The notes beneath the pieces were generated by a model. It was not told the origin of the DNA and ran no database searches. It saw only the letters and a list, made by a program, of their open reading frames with translations. From Eledone cirrhosa (taxonomy: Eukaryota): 64,000 nt of DNA. Shown here piece after piece: positions 26,831-39,900 of this stretch; within the stretch, counting starts at the first letter, position 1; the number at the start of each line of letters is the position of its first letter. The position numbers and the translations under genes are program-made. The DNA is taken from positions 205,530,001 through 205,594,000 of the forward strand of contig OZ024743.1 of assembly GCA_964016885.1 (NCBI GenBank), in the 5' to 3' direction.

Positions 26831-27996
26831 AAATTATCTCCCCCTGATTTTTTTTTACAAATCTCCACCTAATTAAAAAAAAAATTATCTCCCCTTCGCT
26901 GGCTGGAAATTATCTTCCTCTGGACGGCTGGAAATTATAGCCGCTTGTAGGGCTGGAAATTATCTCCCCTTGGACGGCTGGAAATTATCTCCCCTTGATT
27001 TTTTTTACTAAGTATCTCACCCTGATTTTTTTTTACAAATTATCTCCGCCTGATTTTTAAAAAAAAATTATCTCCCCTTGGCTGGATGGAAATTATCTCC
27101 CCTTGGACGGCTGGAAATTATCTTCCCTTGATTTCTTCTACAAATTATCTACCCCTGATTTTTTTTTTACAAATTATCTCTCCCTGATTTTTTTTTACAA
27201 ATATCTCCCCTTCGCTGGCTGACAAATCATCTCCGCTTGATTTTTTAAAAAACTTATCTCCCTTGGCTTGCTTGAAATTATCTCCCCTTGGACGGCTATA
27301 AATTATCTCTCCTTCGACGGCTGGAAATTATCTCCCCTTGATTTTTTTACAAATTATCTCCCCCTGATTTTTTTTACCAATCTACCCCTGATTTTAAAAA
27401 AAATTATCTCTCCTTCGCTGGCTGGAAATTATCTCCCCTTGGACGGCTGGAAATTATCTCCCCTTGATTTTTTTTACAAATTATCTACCCTGATTTTTTT
27501 ACAAATTATCTCCCCCTGATTTTTTTTTACAAATTATCTCCCCCTGATTTTTTTTTTACAAATTATCTCCGCCTGATTTTTTTAAAATTATCTCCCCTTG
27601 GCTGGATGGAAATTATCTCCCCTTGGACGGCTGGAAATTATCTCCCCTTGCACGGCTGGAAATTATCTTCCCTTGGACGGCTAGAAATTACCTCTCCTTG
27701 GACGGCTGAAAATTATCTCCCCTTGGACGGCTGGAAATTATCTCCCCCTGATTTTTTTTACAAATTATCTCCCCTTGCACGGCTGGAAATTATCTCCCCT
27801 TGGACGGCTGGAAATTATCTGCCCTTGATTTTGTTTTTACAAATTATCTCCCCCTGATTTTTTTTACAAATTATCTCCACCTGATATTTTAAAAAATTAT
27901 CTCCCCTTGGACGGCTGGAAATTATCTCCCCTTGGCTGGAAATTATCTCCCCTTGGACGGCTAGAAATTATCTCTCTTTGGACGGCTGGAAATTAT

Positions 27997-30900
27997 CTCC
28001 CCTTGATTCTTTTTACAAATTATCTCCCCCTGATTTTTTTTACAAATCTCCCCCTAATTTAAAAAAAAATTATCTCCCCTTCGCTGGCTGGAAATTATCT
28101 CCCCTTGGACGCTGAAAATTATAGCCCCTTGGAGGCTGGAAATTATCTTCCCTTGGACGGCTGGAAATTATCTCCCCTTGATTTTTTTACAAATTATCTC
28201 CCCCTGATTTTTTTTTACAAATTATCTCCCCCTGATTTTTTTTTTACAAATTATCTCCCCTTGGACGGGTGGAAATTATCTCCCCTTGGACGGCTTGAAA
28301 TTATCTCCCCTTGGACGGCTAGAAATTACCTCTCCTTGGACGGCTGAAAATTATCTCCCCTTGATTTTTTTTACAAATTATCTCCCCCTGATTTTTTTTT
28401 TTACAAATTATCTCCCCCTGATTTTATTTTACATATTATCTACCCCTGATTTTTTTTACAAATTATCTCCACCTGATCTTTTTTACAAATTATCTCCCCC
28501 TGATTTTTTTTTTACAAATTATCTCCCCCTGATTTTTTTACAAATTATCTCCCCCTAATTTATTTTACAAATTATCTCCGACTGATTTTTTTAAATATTA
28601 TCTTCCCTTGGCTGGCGGGAAATAATCTCCCCTTGGACGGCTGGAAATTATCTCCCCTTGGAAGGATGGAAATTATCTTCCCTTGGACGGCTGGAAATTA
28701 TCTCCCCTTGCACGGCTGGAAATTATCTCACCTTGGACGGCTGGAAATTATCTCCCCTTCGCTGGAAATTATCTCCCCTTGGATGGCTAGAAATTATCTC
28801 TCTTTGGACGGCTGGAAATTATCTCCCCTTGATTCTTTTTACAAATTATCTCCCCCTGATTTTTTTTACAAATCTCCCAGTGATTTTTAAAAAAAAATTA
28901 TCTCCCTTTCGCTGGCTGGAAATTATCTCCCCTTGGACGCTGGAAATTATAGCCCCTTGGAGGGCTGGAAATTATCTTCCCTTGGACGGCTGGAAATTAT
29001 CTCCCCTTGATTTTTTTTACATATTATCTCCCCCTGATTTTTTTTACAACTTATCTCCGCCTGATTTTTTTAAAAAAATTATCTCCCCTTGGACGGCTGG
29101 AAATTATCTCCCCTTGGACGGCTGGAAATTATCTCTCCTTGGACGGCTAGAAATTACCTCTCCTTGGACGGCTGAAAATTATCTCCCCTTGGACGGCTGG
29201 AAATTATCTCCCCTTGATTTTTTTTACAAATTATCTCCCCCTGATTTTTTTTTACAAATTATCTCCCCCTGATTTTTTTTACAAATTATATTCCCTTGGC
29301 TGGCTGGAAATTATCTCCCCTTGGAGGCTGGAATTTATCTCCCCTTGGACGGCTAGAAATTACCTCTCCTTGGACGGCTGGAAATTATGTCTCCTTGGAC
29401 GGCTGGAAATTATCTCCCCTTGGACGGCTGGAAATTATCTCCCCTTGGACGGCTGGAAATTATCTCCCCTTGATTTTGTATACAAATTATCTCCCCCTGA
29501 TATTTTTTTACAAATTATCTGCCCCTGATTATTTTTTACAAATTATCTCCCCCTGATTTTTTTTTACAAATCTCCACCTAATTAAAAAAAAAATTATCTC
29601 CCCTTCGCTGGCTGGAAATTATCTCCCCTTGGACGCTGGAAATTATAGCCCCTTGGAGGGCTGGAAGTTATCTTCGCTTCGAGGGCTGGAAATTATCTTC
29701 CCTTGGACGGCTAGAAATTATCTCCCCTTGATTTTTTTTACAAATTATCTCCCCCTGATTCTTTTTTTACAAATTATCTCCGCCTGATTTTTTTTTTAAA
29801 TTATCTCCCCTTGGACGGCTGGAAATTATCTCCCCTTGGACGGCTAGAAATTACGTCTCCTTGGACGGCTGAAAATTATCTCCCCTTGGACGGCTGGAAA
29901 TTATCTCCCCTTGATTTTTTTTTACAAATTGTCTCCCCCTGATTTTTTTTTACAAATTATCTACCCGTGATTTTTTTTTACAAATTATCTCCCCCTGATT
30001 TTTTTTACAAATTATCTCCCCCTGATTTTTTTTTACAAATTATCTCCCCCTGATTTTTTTTACAAATCTCCCCCTAATTTAAAAAAAAATTATCTCCCCT
30101 TCGCTGGCTGGAAATTATCTCCCTTTGGACGGCTGGAAATTATAGCTGCTTGTAGGGCTGGAAATTATCTCCCCTTGGACGGCTGGAAATTATCTCCCCT
30201 TGATTTTTTTATTAATTATCTCCCCCTGATTTTTTTTTACAAATATCTCCCCTTGGCTGCCTGGAAATTATCTCCCATTGGCAGGCTGGAAATGATCTCC
30301 CCTTGGACGGCTGGAAATTATCTCCCTTTGGACGCCTAGAAATTACCTCTCCTTGGACAGCTGTAAATTATCTCCCCTTGGACGGCTGGAAATTATCTCC
30401 CCTTGATTTTGTATACAAATTATCTCCCCCTGATTTTTTTTTACAAATTATCTGCCCCTGATTATTTTTTTACAAATTAGCTCCGCCTGATTTTTTTTTA
30501 AAATTATCTCCCCTTGGACGGCTGGAAATTATCTCCCCTTGGACGGCTGGAAATTATCTCCCCTTGAACGGCTAGAAATTACCTCTCCTTGGACGGCTGA
30601 AAATTATCTCCCCTTGGACGGCTGGAAATTATCGCCCCCTGATTTTTTTTAACAAATTATCTCCACCTGATTTTTTTTACAAATCATCTCCGCCTGATTT
30701 TTTAAAGAAATTATCTCCCTTGGCTTGCTGGAAATTATCTCCCCTTGGACGGCTATAAATTATCTCTCCTTCGACGGCTGGAAATTATCTCCCCTTGATT
30801 TTTTTACAAATTATCTCCCCCTGATTTTTTTTTACCAATCTACCCCTGATTTAAAAAAAAAAATTATCTCCCCTTCGCTGGCTGGAAATTATCTCCCCTT

Positions 30901-33900
30901 GGACGGCTGGAAATTATCTCCCCTTGGAAGGATGGAAATTATCTCCCCTTGGACGGCTGGAAATTATCTCCCCTTGCACGGCTGGAAATTATCTCCCCTT
31001 GGACGGCTAGAAATTGCCTCTCCTTGAACGGCTGAAAATTATCTCCCCTTGGACGGCTGGAAATTATCTCCCCCTGATTTTTTTTACAAATTATCTCCCC
31101 TTGCACGGCTGGAAATTATCTCCCCTTGGACGGCTGGAAATTATCTGCCCTTGATTTTGTTTTTACAAATTATCTCCCCCTGATTTTTTTTACAAATTAT
31201 CTCCACCTGATATTTAAAAAAATTATCTCCCCTTGGACGGCTGGAAATTATCTCCCCTTGGCTGGAAATTATCTCCCCTTTGACGGCTAGAAATTATCTC
31301 TCTTTGGACGGCTGGAAATTATCTCCCCTTGATTCTTTTTACAAATTATCTCCCCCTGATTTTTTTTACAAATCTCCCAGTGATTTTTAAAAAAAAATTA
31401 TCTCCCCTTCGCTGGCTGGAAATTATCTCCCCTTGGACGCTGGAAATTATAGCCCCTTGGAGGCTGGAAATTATCTTCCCTTGGACGGCTGGAAATTATC
31501 TCCCCTTGATTTTTTTACAAATTATCTCCCCCTGATTTTTTTTTACAAATTATCTCCCCCTGATTTTTTTTTACAAATTATCTCCCCCTGATTTTTTTTA
31601 CAAATTATCTCCCCCTGATTTTTTTACAAATTATCTCCCCTTGGCTGGCTGGAAATTATCTCCCCTTGGAGGCTGGAATTTATCTCCCCTTGGACGGCTG
31701 GAAATTATCTCCCATTGGATGGCTAGAAATTACCTCTCCTTGGACGGCTGAAAATTATCTCCCCTTGGACGGCTGGAAATTATCTCCCCTTGATTTTTTT
31801 ACAAATTATCTCCCCCTGATTTTTTTTTACAAATTATCTCCCCCTGAATTTTTTTTTACAAATTATCTCCCCCTGATTTTTTTTACAAATTATCTCCCCC
31901 TGATTTTTTTACAAATTATCTCCCCTTGGCTGGCTGGAAATTATCTCCCCTTGGAGGCTGGAATTTATCTCCCCTTGGACGGCTGGAAATTATCTCCCCT
32001 TGGACGGCTAGAAATTACCTCTCCTTGGACGGCTGGAAATTATCTCCCCTTGAACGGCTGGAAATTATCTCCCCTTGGACGGCTGGAAATTATCTCCCCT
32101 TGGACGGCTGGAAATTATCTCCCCTTGGACGGCTAGAAATTACCTCTCCTTGGACGGCTGGAAATTATCTCCCCTTGGAGGGCTGGAAATTATCTCCCCT
32201 TGGACGGCTGGAAATTATTTCCCCTTGATTTTTTTTACAAATCATCTCCCCCTGATTTTTTTTACAAATCTCCCCCTAATTTAAAAAAAAATTAGCTCCC
32301 CTTCGCTGGCTGGAAATTATCTCCCTTTGGACGGCTGGAAATTATAGCTGCTTGTAGGGCTGGAAATTATCTCCCCTTGGACGGCTGGAAATTATCTCCC
32401 CTTGATTTTTTTTTACTAATTATCTCCCCCTGATTTTTTTTTACAAATATCTCCCCTTGGCTGCCTGGAAATTATCTCCCCTTGGCAGGCTGGAAATGAT
32501 CTCCCCTTGGACGGCTGGAAATTATCTCCCCTTGGACGCCTAGAAATTACCACTCCTTGGACAGCTGTAAATTATCTCCCCTTGGACGGCTGGAAATTAT
32601 CTCGCCTTGGACGGCTGGAAATTATCTCTCCTTGATTTTGTATACAAATTATCTCCCCCTGATTTTTTTTTACAAATTATCTGCCCCTGATTATTTTTTT
32701 ACAAATTAGCTCCGCCTGATTTTTTTTTAAAATTATCTCCCCTTGGACGGCTGGAAATTATCTCCCCTTGGACGGCTGGAAATTATCTCCCCTTGAACGG
32801 CTAGAAATTACCTCTCCTTGGACGGCTGAAAATTATCTCCCCTTGGACGGCTGGAAATTATCGCCCCCTGATTTTTTTTAACAAATTATCTCCACCTGAT
32901 TTTTTTTACAAATCATCTCCGCCTGATTTTTTTAAGAAATTATCTCCCTTGGCTTGCTGGAAATTATCTTCCCTTGGACGGCTAGAAATTACCTCTCCTT
33001 GGACGGCTGGAAATTATGTCTCCTTGGACGGCTGGAAATTATCTCCCCTTGGACGGCTGGAAATTATCTCCCCTTGGACGGCTGGAAATTATCTCCCCTT
33101 GGACGGCTAGATATTACCTCTCCTTGGACGGCTGGAAATTATCTGCCCTTGGACGGCTGGAAATTATCTCCCCTTGGACGGCTGGAAATTATTTCCCCTT
33201 GATTTTTTTTACAGATTATCTCCCCCTGATTTTTTTTTACAAATCTCCCCCTAATTTAAAAAAAAATTATCTCCCCTTCGCTGGCTGGAAATTATCTTCC
33301 TTTGGACGGCTGGAAATTATAGCCGCTTGTAGGGCTGGAAATTATCTCCCCTTGGACGGCTGGAAATTATCTCCCCTTGATTTTTTTTACTAATTATCTT
33401 ACCCTGAATTTTTTTTACAAATTATCTCCGCCTGATTTTTTTAAAAAAATTATCTCCCCTTGGCTGGATGGAAATTATCTCCCCTTGGACGGCTGGAAAT
33501 TATCTCCCCTTGATTTCTTCTACAAAGTATCTACCCCTGATTTTTTTTTTACAAATTATTTCTCCCTGATTCTTTTTTACAAATATCTCCCCTTGGCTGG
33601 CTGGAAATTACCTCCCCTTGGCTGGCTGGAAATTATCTCCCCCTGATATTTTTTTACAAATTAGCTCCCCCTGATTTTTTTTTACAAATTATCTCCCCCT
33701 GATTTTTTTCACAAATTATCTCCCCCTGATTTTTTTTACAAATTATCTCCCCTGATTTGAAAAAAAAAATTATCTCCCCTTGGACGGCTGGAAATTATCT
33801 CCCCTTGACGGCTATAAATTATCTCTCCTTCGACGGCTGTAAATTATCTCCCCTTGATTTTTTTACAAATTATCTCCCCCTGATTTTTTTTTACCAATCT

Positions 33901-36900
33901 ACCCCTGATTTAAAAAAAAAATTATCTCCCCTTCGCTGGCTGGAAATTATCTCCCCTTGGACGGCTGGAAATTATCTCCCCTTGGAAGGATGGAAATTAT
34001 CTCCCCTTGGACGGCTGGAAATTATCTCCCCTTGCACGGCTGGAAATTATCTCCCCTTGGACGGCTAGAAATTACCTCTCCTTGGACGGCTGAAAATTAT
34101 CTCCCCTTGGACGGCTGGAAATTATCTCCCCCTGATTTTTTTTAAAAATTATCTCCCCTTGCACGGCTGGAAATTATCTCCCCTTGGACGGCTGGAAATT
34201 ATCTCCCCTGGGACGCCTAGAAATTACCTCTCCTTGGACAGCTGTAAATTATCTCCCCTTGGACGGCTGGAAATTATCTCCCCTTGGAAGGATGGAAATT
34301 ATCTCCCCTTGGACGGCTGGAAATTATCTCCCCTTGCACTGCTGGAAATTATCTCCCCTTGGACGGCTGGAAATTATCTGCCCTTGATTTTGTTTTTACA
34401 AATTATCTTCCCCTGATTTTTTTTACAAATTATCCGCCTAATTTTTTTAAATATTATCTTCCCTTGGCTGGCGGGAAATTATCTCCCCTTGGACGCCTGG
34501 AAATTATCTCCCCTTGGAAGGATGGAAATTATCTCCCCTTGGACGGCTGGAAATTATCTCCCCTTGCACTGCTGGAAATTATCTCCCCTTGGACGGCTGG
34601 AAATTATCTGCCCTTGATTTTGTTTTTACAAATTATCTTCCCCTGATTTTTTTTACAAATTATCTCCACCTGATTTTTTAAAAAATTATCTCCCCTTGGA
34701 CGGCTGGAAATTATCTCCCCTTGGCTGGAAATTATCTCCCCTTGGACGGCTAGAAATTATCTCTCTTTGGACGGCTGTAAATTATCTCCCCTTGATTTTT
34801 TTTACAAATTATCTCCCCCTGATTTTTTTTACAAATCTCCCAGTGATTTTTTTAAAAAATTATCTCCCCTTCGCTGGCTGGAAATTATCTCCCCTTGGAC
34901 GCTGGAAATTATAGCCCCTTGGAGGGCTGGAAGTTATCTTCCCTTGGAGGGCTGGAAATTATCTTCCCTTGGACGGCTGGAAATTATCTCCCCTTGATTT
35001 TTTTTACAAATTATCTCCCACTGATTTTTTTTTACAAATTATCTCCCCCTGATTTTTTTTTTACAAATTATCTCCGCCTGATTTTTTTAAAAATTATCTC
35101 CCCTTGGACGGCTGGAAATTATCTCCCCTTGGACGGCTGGAAATTATATCCCCTTGGACGGCTAGAAATTACCTCTCCTTGGACGGCTGAAAATTATCTC
35201 CCCTTGGACGGCTGGAAATTATCTCCCCTTGATTTTTTTTACAAATTATCTCCCCCTGATTTTTTTTACAAATTATCTCCCCCTGATTTTTTTTTACAAA
35301 TTATCTCACCCTGATTTTTTTTTACAAATTATCTCCCCCTGATTTTTTTACAAATTATCTCCCCTTGGCTGGCTGGAAATTATCTCCCCTTGGAGGCTGG
35401 AATTTATCTCCCCTTGGAGGGCTGGAAATTATCTCCCCTTGGACGGCTAGAAATTACCTCTCCTTGGACGGCTGGAAATTATCTCCCCTTGAACGGCTGG
35501 AAATTATCTCCCCTTGGACGGCTGGAAATTATCTCCCCTTGAACGGCTGGAAATTATCTCCCCTTGGACGGCTAGAAATTACCTCTCCTTGGACGGCTGG
35601 AAATTATCTCCCCTTGGACGGCTGGAAATTATCTCCCCTTGGACGGCTGGAAATTATTTCCCCTTGATTTTTTTTACAAATTATCTCCCCCTGATTTTTT
35701 TTACAAATATCCCCCTAATTTAAAAAAAAATTATCTCCCCTTCGCTGGCTGGAAATTATCTCCCTTTGGACGGCTGGAAATTATAGCTGCTTGTCGAGCT
35801 AGAAATTATCTCCCCTTGGACGGCTGGAAATTATCTCCCCTTGGCTGGCTGGAAATTATCTCCCCTTGGACGGCTGGAAATTATCTCCCCTTGGACGCCT
35901 AGAAATTACCTCTCCTTGGAGAGCTGTAAATTATCTCCCCTTGGACGGCTGGAAATTCTCTCGCCTTGGACGGCTGGAAATTATCTCCCCTTGATTTTGT
36001 ATACAAATTATCTCCCCCTGATTTTTTCTTACAAATTATCTGCCCCTGATTTTTTTTTTACAAATTAGCTCCGCCTGATTTTTTTTTTAAATTATCTCCC
36101 CTTGGACGGCTGGAAATTATCTCCCCTTGGACGGCTAGAAATTATCTCCCCTTGGACGGCTAGAAATTACCTCTCCTTGGACGGCTGAAAATTATCTCCC
36201 CTTGGACGGCTGGAAATTATCTCCCCTTGATTTTGATTTTACAAATTATCTTCCCCTGATTTTTTTTACAAATTATCTCCACCTGATTTTTTAAAAAATT
36301 ATCTCCCCTTGGACGGCTGGAAATTATCTCCCCTTGGCTGGAAATTATCTCCCCTTGGACGATTAGAAATTATCTCTCTTTGGACGGTTGGAAATTATCT
36401 CCCCTTGGACGCTGGAAATTATAGCCCCTTGGAGGGCTGGAAGTTATCTTCGCTTGGAGGGCTGGAAATTATCTCCCCTTGATTTTTTTTACAAATTATC
36501 TCCCCCTGATTTTTTTTTACAAATTATCTCCCCCTGATTTTTTTTTTACCAATTATCTCCACCTGATTTTTTTTAAAATTATCTCCCCTTGGACGGCTGG
36601 AAATTATCTCCCCTTGGACGGCTGGAAATTATCTCCCCTTGGACGGCTAGAAATTACCTCTTCTTGGACGGCTGAAAATTATCTCCCCTTGGACGGCTGG
36701 AAATTATCTCCCCTTGATTTTGTATACAAATTATCTCCCCCTGATTTTTTTTTACAAATTATCTCCCCCTGATTTTTTTTTACAAATTATCTCCCCCTGA
36801 TTTTTTTTTACAAATTATCTCCTGATTTTTTTTACAAATTATCTCCCCTTGGCTGGCTGGAAATTATCTCCCCTTGGAGGCTGGAAATTATCTCCCCTTG

Positions 36901-39900
36901 GACGGCTAGAAATTACCTCTCCTTGGACGGCTGGAAATTATCTGCCCTTGGACGGCTGGAAATTATCTCTCCTTGGACGGCTGGAAATTATCTGCCCTTG
37001 GACGGCTGGAAATTATCTCCCCTTGGACGGCTGGAAATTATTTCCCCTTGATTTTTTTTTACAAATTATCTCCCCCTGATTTTTTTTTACAAATCTCCCC
37101 CTAATTTAAAAAAAAATTATCTCCCCTTCGCTGGCTGGAAATTATCTTCCTTTGGACGGTTGGAAATTATAGCCGCTTGTAGGGCTGGAAATTATCTCCC
37201 CTTGGACGGCTGGGAATTATCTCCCCTTGATTTTTTTACTAATTATCTCACCCTGATTTTTTTTTACAAATTATCTCCGCCTCATTTTTTAAAAATAATT
37301 ATCTCCCCTTGGCTGGATGGAAATTATCTCCCCTTGGACGGCTGGAAATTATCTCCCCTTGGAAGGATAGAAATTATCTCCCCTTGGACGGCTGGAAATT
37401 ATCTCCCCTTGCACGGCTGGAAATTATCTCCCCTTGGACGGCTAGAAATTACCTCTCCTTGGACGGCTGAAAATTATCTCCCCTTGGACGGCTGGAAATT
37501 ATCTCCCCCTGATTTTTTTTACAAATTATCTCCCCTTGCACGGCTGGAAATTATCTCCCCTTGGACGGCTGGAAATTATCTGCCCTTGATTTTGTTTTTA
37601 CAAATTATCTCCCCCTGATTTTTTTTACAAATTATCTCCACCTGATATTTAAAAAAATTATCTCCCCTTGGACGGCTGGAAATTATCTCCCCTTGGCTGG
37701 AAATTATCTCCCCTTGGACGGCTAGAAATTATCTCTCTTTGGACGGCTGGAAATTATCTCCCCTTGATTCTTTTTACAATTTATCTCCCCCTGATTTTTT
37801 TTACAAATCTCCCCCTGATTTTTTTTTACAAATTATCTGCCCCTGATTATTTTTTTACAAATTAGCAACGCCTGATTTTTTTAAAAAATTATCTCACCTT
37901 GGACGGCTGGAAATTATCTCCCCTTGGACGGCTGGAAATTATCTCCCCTTGAACGGCTAGAAATTACCTCTCCTTGGACGGCTGAAAATTATCTCCCCTT
38001 GGACGGCTGGAAATTATCTCCCCTTGATTTTTTTACAAATTATCTCCCCCTGATTTTTTTTTTACAAATTATCTCCCCCTGATTTTTTTTTACAAATTAT
38101 CTACCCCTGATTTTTTTTTCCAAATTATCTCCCCCTGATTTTTTTTTACAAATTATCTCCCCGTTTTTTTTTACAAATTATTTCCCCCTGATTTTTTTAC
38201 AAATTATCTCCCCCTGATTTTTTTTACAAATTATCTCCGCCTGATTTTTTTAAATATTATCTTCCCTTGGCTGGCGGGAAATTATCTCCCCTTGGACGCC
38301 TGGAAATTATCTCCCCTTGGAAGGATGGAAATTATCTCCCCTTGGACGGCTGGAAATTATCTCCCCTTGCACTGCTGGAAATTATCTCCCCTTGGACGGC
38401 TGGAAATTATCTGCCCTTGATTTTGTTTTTACAAATTATCTTCCCCTGATTTTTTTTACAAATTATCTCCACCTGATTTTTTTAAAAATTATCTCCCCTT
38501 GGACGGCTGGAAATTATCTCCCATTGGCTGGAAATTATCTCCCCTTGGACGGCTAGAAATTATCTCTCTTTGGACGGCTGGAAATTATCTCCCCTTGATA
38601 TTTTTACAAATTATCTCCCCCTGATTTTTTTTACAAATCTCCCAGTGATTTTTTTAAAAAATTATCTCCCCTTCGCTGGCTGGAAATTATCTCCCCTTGG
38701 ACGCTGGAAATTATAGCCCCTTGGAGGGCTGGAAGTTATCTTCCCTTGGAGGGCTGGAAATTATCTTCCCTTGGACGGCTGGAAATTATCTCCCCTTGAT
38801 TTTTTTTACATATTATCTCCCCCTGATTTTTTTTTACGAATTATCTCCCCGATTTTTTTTTACAAATTATCTCCCCCTGATTTTTTTTTACAAATTATCT
38901 CCGCCTGATTTTTTAAAAAAAATCATCTCCCCTTGGACGGCTGGAAATTATCTCCCCTTGAACGGCTGGAAATTATCTCCCCTTGGACGGCTGGAAATTA
39001 TCTCCCCTTGGACGGCTGGAAATTATTTCCCCTTGATTTTTTTTACAAATTATCTCCCCCTGATTTTTTTTACAAATCTCCCCCTAATTTAAAAAAAAAT
39101 TATCTCCCCTTCGCTGGCTGGAAATTATCTCCCTTTGGACGGCTGGAAATTATAGCTGCTTGTAGGGCTGGAAATTATCTCCCCTTGGACGGCTGGAAAT
39201 TATCTCCCCTTTATGTCTTCTACAAATTATCTACCCCTGATTTTTTTTTTACAAATTATCTCCGCCTGATTTTTTTTTACAAATTATCTGCGCCTGATTT
39301 TTTTTTTACAAATTAGCTTCGCCTGATTTTTTAAAAAATTATCTCCCCTTGGACGGCTGGAAATTATCTCCCCTTGGACGGCTGGAAATTATCTCCCCTT
39401 GGACGGCTAGAAATTATCTCTCTTTGGACGACTGGAAATTATCTCCCCTTGGACGGCTGCAAATTATCTCCCCTTGATTTTTTTAACAAATTATCTCCCC
39501 CTGATTTTTTTTACAAATTATCTCCCCCTGATTTTTTTTTACAAATTATCTACCCCTGATTTTTTACAAATTATCTCCCCCTGATTTTTTTTTACAAATT
39601 ATCTCCCCCTGATTTTTTTTACAAATTATCTCCCCCTGATTTTTTTTTACAAATTATCTCCCCCTGATTTTTTTACAAATTATCTCCCCCTGATTTTTTT
39701 TACAATCTCCGCCTGATTTTTTTAAAAATTATCTTTCCTTGGCTGGCGGGAAATTATCTCCCCTTGGACAGCTGGAAATTATCTGCCCTTGATTTTGTTT
39801 TTACAAATTATCTCCCCCTGATTTTTTTTACAAATTATCTCCACCTGATTTTTTAAAAAATTATCTCCCCTTGGACGGCTGGAAATTATCTCCCCTTGGC

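Larger units (their letters stand above)
1..27996 (+). repeat. Large higher-order repeat, copy 1 (~28 kb, expanded by internal duplications; phase is arbitrary)
   Basis: The rare marker GGACGCTGAAAATTATAGCC at 111 recurs at 28107 (offset 27,996). Matching ORF-track translations occur at 109/28105, 638/28633, 1218/29214, 2754/30725 and 4983/32954. Confidence 0.85.
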
